NCBI GenBank assembly: GCA_017438265.1
Contig: JAFRVZ010000006.1
Location: 46,606 to 110,605, forward strand
Reading direction: 5' to 3'
From: Bacteroidales bacterium
GTDB taxonomy: Bacteria; Bacteroidota; Bacteroidia; Bacteroidales; UBA932
DNA length: 64,000 nt
In this document: one piece after another, positions 60,351 through 64,000 of the stretch
Position numbering within the stretch: the first letter of the stretch is position 1
How the letters are laid out: each line of letters begins with the position of its first letter
Translations under genes and position numbers: made by a program
The notes under the pieces: model-generated
What the model was told of the DNA's origin: nothing
Seen by the model: the letters and a program-made list of their open reading frames with translations, nothing else
Database searches by the model: none

Positions 60351-61163
60351 TTATTCCGCCTTCTGGAAGATGCGGACGTAATCCACGGACATCGTGATGG
60401 GGAGGACGGACTCGTCCACGCCCTGGGACCCGCCCCAGTCGCCGCCCCAGGCGAGGTTCAGGATCGGATAGAAGGCGTAGTGGAACGGCCACTCGTCGTG
60501 GCCTTCGCCCAGGTCCGCTTTGGCGACATCCAGCTGCACGGCGCCGTCGACATAAGTCGTGATCCGCTCCGGAGTCCACTCCAGGGCATAGACGTGGTAA
60601 CCGCCCTCGGCCTTGTCGATCGTCATCCGGCTGGTCTTCTGCGTGCCGCGGACGTGGTTGTAGGTCTGGGTATGGATCGAGGAGGAGACTTCGTTCGGGA
60701 CGTAGCCGACTTCCTCCATAATGTCGATTTCACCGCAGCGTGGCCAGCGTCCCTGCTGCACGGACGGCACCGGCATCATCCAGAAGGCCGGCCAGGTCCC
60801 CTTCCCCGCCGGCAGGCAGATGCGCGCCTCGAACCAGCCGTATTCCCAGCCGACGTCCTTCCGCGCATAGACACGGGCGGAGTAGATCTTGCCGTCCGAA
60901 CCCTTGAAGCAGTGGATCTGCAGTTCCCCGTCCCGGACCTCGGCGACGCGCTTCCCGTCCGCTTCCCGCTCGCGGTAATTCTGCAGTTCGTGGTTGACCC
61001 AGTGGTCGTCCTTGACTTCATACGTCCAGTCCGGCCCCAGTTCCGGCCCTTCCTCAAACTCGTCGTGCCACACCAGCACATACCCTTCCGGCGCCTTAAT
61101 CTGCTCGTTCCCGCACGCCCCCAGCGCCGCCGCAAATCCTATCAATAAAAACAACTTTTTCAT
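60351..61163 (-). CDS. Glycoside hydrolase family 16 lipoprotein (laminarinase-like)
   Basis: Lipobox LGAC; LVWHDEF, GTWPAFWM, GEIDIME catalytic motif, VDYVRIFQ. Confidence 0.92.
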   Translation of the reverse strand: MKKLFLLIGFAAALGACGNEQIKAPEGYVLVWHDEFEEGPELGPDWTYEVKDDHWVNHELQNYREREADGKRVAEVRDGELQIHCFKGSDGKIYSARVYARKDVGWEYGWFEARICLPAGKGTWPAFWMMPVPSVQQGRWPRCGEIDIMEEVGYVPNEVSSSIHTQTYNHVRGTQKTSRMTIDKAEGGYHVYALEWTPERITTYVDGAVQLDVAKADLGEGHDEWPFHYAFYPILNLAWGGDWGGSQGVDESVLPITMSVDYVRIFQKAE

Positions 61164-61173
61164 AATCAATATT

Positions 61174-63234
61174 TTAGAACGGATAACCTACACCGAAATG
61201 GAGTGCGTAGGTATCTAAATTGAACCATTCTGCAGGGCCGATCCAGGCGGGGGCGAAGCCGCGCTCCTCGGTATGGGCCGGGTCGCGGAGCTTGACGCCG
61301 GCGTCGACGCGGACGACGATGATGCCGAGGTCGGCGCGCAGGCCGACGCCCCAGTCCGCGGCGAGCGAGGCGAGGCTGAAGCCTCCCCAGTCACCCGTGT
61401 ACTTGAGGTCCCAGACATTGCCCACCTCGGCGAAGAGGGCGCCTTCCAACTTCCAGACCAGCGGGAAGCGGTACTCGAGATCCGCTTCCAGTCGCACGTC
61501 GCCGACCTGGCTGGGGATGATGAAACCTTCGCCCCGGGGCTCTCCGCCCGGGCCGAGCGTGCGGGACTGCCAGCCGCGCATGCTGTTGGCGCCGCCGACA
61601 AAGAATTTTTTCTCGTACGGGAGGACGGAGCTGTTGCCGTAGGCGTAGCCGATGCCGGCGACCAGGCGGGCCGCTACGGCGCGCGTGTCGTTCTTGCCGA
61701 GGCGCCAGGTGCGGCCCAGGGTCAGTTCCGTGCGTGCGTACTGCGCAAACGGGACGCCGAGGATGAAGGGACTTTTCGTGAGCAGGCTCAGGACGTTGCC
61801 GGAGAGGTCGAGGGAGAGGCGGATGTAGCTGTAGGAGGTCTTGGGGTTGATATCCGGACTGGTGGAATAATACACCATGCCGCCGATGCCGGCGTCGAGG
61901 TGGTCCTGGTAGCTGTATTCGATGTAGGGATTCCGGATCAGGGTGTTCTTCTCGAAATCCGGGTCGATGTTGTACAGGTCGACCAGGTTGACCTGGAGGG
62001 GGTAGAACTGGTAGGTCAGGCGGCCGCGGGTCATGCCGCTGTAGCCGTAGGAGGCGGAGAAGAGGTCGCGGGTGTATTCCGGGCGGTTCTGGTAGTTGTA
62101 GGAGATGTTGAACTCCGTGCGGGGGATGTTGGCGCCGCGCAGCTGGGAGGTCCGGAAGCCGAGGAAACGCGGTAGGCTGAGGCCGGCGGAGACACCGATC
62201 TCGTTCGAGCGGGTATGGTCGCTGAGGCGGAACTGGAAGTTGCCCGTGAAGCCGAGGTTCAGCCATTCGCCGCCGCGGAAGACATTCTTGTGGAAGTAAT
62301 TGAACTGCGGGGAGATACCGATGAGGCCGGTCGAGTTCGTGGACATCTCCATATTGAGCTTGTAGCCCTGGAGCTCGGCACGGGACAGGTTGATCATACA
62401 GTCTACCAGGTCCTCCCCTGCCGGGGTCATCTCGATGCCGACGCTGTTGAAGAGCCGCATCGCGGAGAAGCGGGTATAGGTCTTGTTGATGTCGGTCTCG
62501 CTGTAGACCGCACCCGGGCGGACCATGTTGAGGGAACGGAGGACTTTCTCGCGGATTTTCAGGTCTTTCGGATGGGAGATGTCGACGGAGCCGATCCGGT
62601 ATTTGCGCATCGGGGTCTTGTCGCTGACCAGCACCTCGAGGGAGGCGGTCCCGTCGTGGGAGAGGGTGTCTGCGACGTAGCGGAAGAGGGCTTTCGTTGC
62701 ATCGAAATAGCCCTTCGTGCGCAGATAGGAGGCGTATCGCTCGCTTTCCTCCGCCAGCGCGGCCTCGGAGAGGAGCATCCCGCGGCGGAGCGGGGAATGG
62801 AGGGTGTCGGCATAGAAGTCCGCGGCGAACGCATCCCCCGGGGGCAGGTCGTACGAGACGGTGCTCAGCGTGTAGCGGTCGCCGGGGGTAATCCGGTACG
62901 TGACGGTTACCTTGCGCTTCTTGACGCTGACTTCGCTCTCGACGCCGGAGTTGTACCAGCCGATGTAATCGAGGTGGTTCCTGATATTCTCGACGGAGGC
63001 GTCGACCAGGTCCGGGTCATAGACGACGAGTTCGGGCTTGAGGGAGAAGGCGGCGGGCTGCTGCTTGATATAGGGGCTGACGTCGCCTGCCTTCAGGCCG
63101 CTCTCGCCCGCGAACTCGATCCGGTTGCGGGCGAGCTTGTACTCCCCTTCCGCCAGCTGGCGGGTGGAGCCGCAGGAGACGGCGAAGACCGCCGCCGCCA
63201 GCACCGCGAGACCGAGGACCGATACCTTACGCAT
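61174..63234 (-). CDS. BamA/TamA family outer-membrane lipoprotein (TamL-like)
   Basis: Lipobox AVSC, POTRA-like N-terminus, FFVGGANSMRGW, GNVW, terminal FGVGYPF. Confidence 0.88.
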   Translation of the reverse strand: MRKVSVLGLAVLAAAVFAVSCGSTRQLAEGEYKLARNRIEFAGESGLKAGDVSPYIKQQPAAFSLKPELVVYDPDLVDASVENIRNHLDYIGWYNSGVESEVSVKKRKVTVTYRITPGDRYTLSTVSYDLPPGDAFAADFYADTLHSPLRRGMLLSEAALAEESERYASYLRTKGYFDATKALFRYVADTLSHDGTASLEVLVSDKTPMRKYRIGSVDISHPKDLKIREKVLRSLNMVRPGAVYSETDINKTYTRFSAMRLFNSVGIEMTPAGEDLVDCMINLSRAELQGYKLNMEMSTNSTGLIGISPQFNYFHKNVFRGGEWLNLGFTGNFQFRLSDHTRSNEIGVSAGLSLPRFLGFRTSQLRGANIPRTEFNISYNYQNRPEYTRDLFSASYGYSGMTRGRLTYQFYPLQVNLVDLYNIDPDFEKNTLIRNPYIEYSYQDHLDAGIGGMVYYSTSPDINPKTSYSYIRLSLDLSGNVLSLLTKSPFILGVPFAQYARTELTLGRTWRLGKNDTRAVAARLVAGIGYAYGNSSVLPYEKKFFVGGANSMRGWQSRTLGPGGEPRGEGFIIPSQVGDVRLEADLEYRFPLVWKLEGALFAEVGNVWDLKYTGDWGGFSLASLAADWGVGLRADLGIIVVRVDAGVKLRDPAHTEERGFAPAWIGPAEWFNLDTYALHFGVGYPF

Positions 63235-63329
63235 AATACACAAATTTAAGATATTTTCGCGGATTTCAGGAAATATAATTGCAGATTCCTCGCTATCTTT
63301 GCGAAGGCGCGCATGCGCCGGCAGAGCCT

Positions 63330-64000
63330 ATGACATCCAGCGAAATCAAACAGGTCCGATCCCTTTCCCAGAAGAAATTCCGCGACAGCACGGGGCTCTT
63401 TGTCGTCGAAGGCGAGAAGATGGTCGCCGAGGCGCTGGCCTCCGGTTTCCGCGTGGAGCGCATCTACCGGCGCGAGGAGATCGGCGAGGCGGCGATGGCC
63501 CGCATCACCCAGCTCTCCAGCCCCTCCCCGGTCCTGGCGGTCCTCCACCAGCGGCAGGACCCGCCTGCGCCCCTGAAAAAGGGTCTCTACCTCGTCCTCG
63601 ACGCAATCCGGGACCCGGGCAACCTCGGCACGATCCTCCGCCTCGCGGACTGGTTCGGCGTCGAGGCCGTCTATGCCTCCCCCGACACGGTCGAGCGCTA
63701 CAACCCGAAAGTCGTCCAGGCGACGATGGGCGCCATTTTCCGCGTCCCGTTCCATTCCCTCGCGCTGCCCCCGTTCCTGCAGGAGGCGGCCGCCGGCGGC
63801 GCGCAGGTCTACGGGACCTTCCTCGACGGCGACGACCTGTATGCCCGGCCGCTGGAGACGGGCCGCGGCTGCCCCGCCCTGCTCGTCATCGGCAATGAAT
63901 CCAACGGGATTTCCCCTGCCGTCGCGGCCTGTACGACCGCGCGTCTGCTGATTCCGCCCTTCCCGCGCGGGAAGCAGGGGCCGGAGTCGCTGAATGCGGC
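63330..64000 (+). CDS. TrmH/SpoU family RNA methyltransferase (runs off window end)
   Basis: Manual translation MTSSEIKQVRSLSQKKFR...FVVEG...IRDPGNLGTILR...VVQATMG...IGNESNG...ESLNA. Confidence 0.92.
   Translation, partial: MTSSEIKQVRSLSQKKFRDSTGLFVVEGEKMVAEALASGFRVERIYRREEIGEAAMARITQLSSPSPVLAVLHQRQDPPAPLKKGLYLVLDAIRDPGNLGTILRLADWFGVEAVYASPDTVERYNPKVVQATMGAIFRVPFHSLALPPFLQEAAAGGAQVYGTFLDGDDLYARPLETGRGCPALLVIGNESNGISPAVAACTTARLLIPPFPRGKQGPESLNA

Overview
GC-rich chromosomal window from a Bacteroidetes, probably a Bacteroidales anaerobe. This assignment is inferred from many TAnnTTTG -7 promoters, no obvious Shine-Dalgarno sites and the gene families present. It holds about 57 mostly housekeeping or envelope genes: pfkA (partial), secreted glycosidases, a small glycan locus with a Wzx flippase fused to a TupA-like ATP-grasp domain, a lplA-gcvT-gcvH-gcvPA-gcvPB-lpdA operon, valS, cinA, queA, rlmD, an archaeal-type cysteate synthase, rarA, and TamA- and TrmH-family genes. 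The most unusual part is 31.2-37.6 kb. It contains a promoter/terminator-bounded candidate sRNA, a 135-nt multi-hairpin element and an HUH/Y1 (RAYT-like) transposase with a 5' palindrome. It also has five copies of a 32-bp palindromic REP-like unit and a low-GC SF1 helicase-DUF2726 nuclease gene broken by one in-frame TGA; two direct REP-like copies bracket the transposase and helicase. Other oddities are a degenerate dihydroorotate-dehydrogenase-like gene, AT-rich islets inside GC-rich genes around a long AT-rich spacer at 48.4-48.9 kb, and apparently leaderless genes. I found no rRNA, tRNA or CRISPR array. All family assignments come from reading motifs by eye; no database searches were run.
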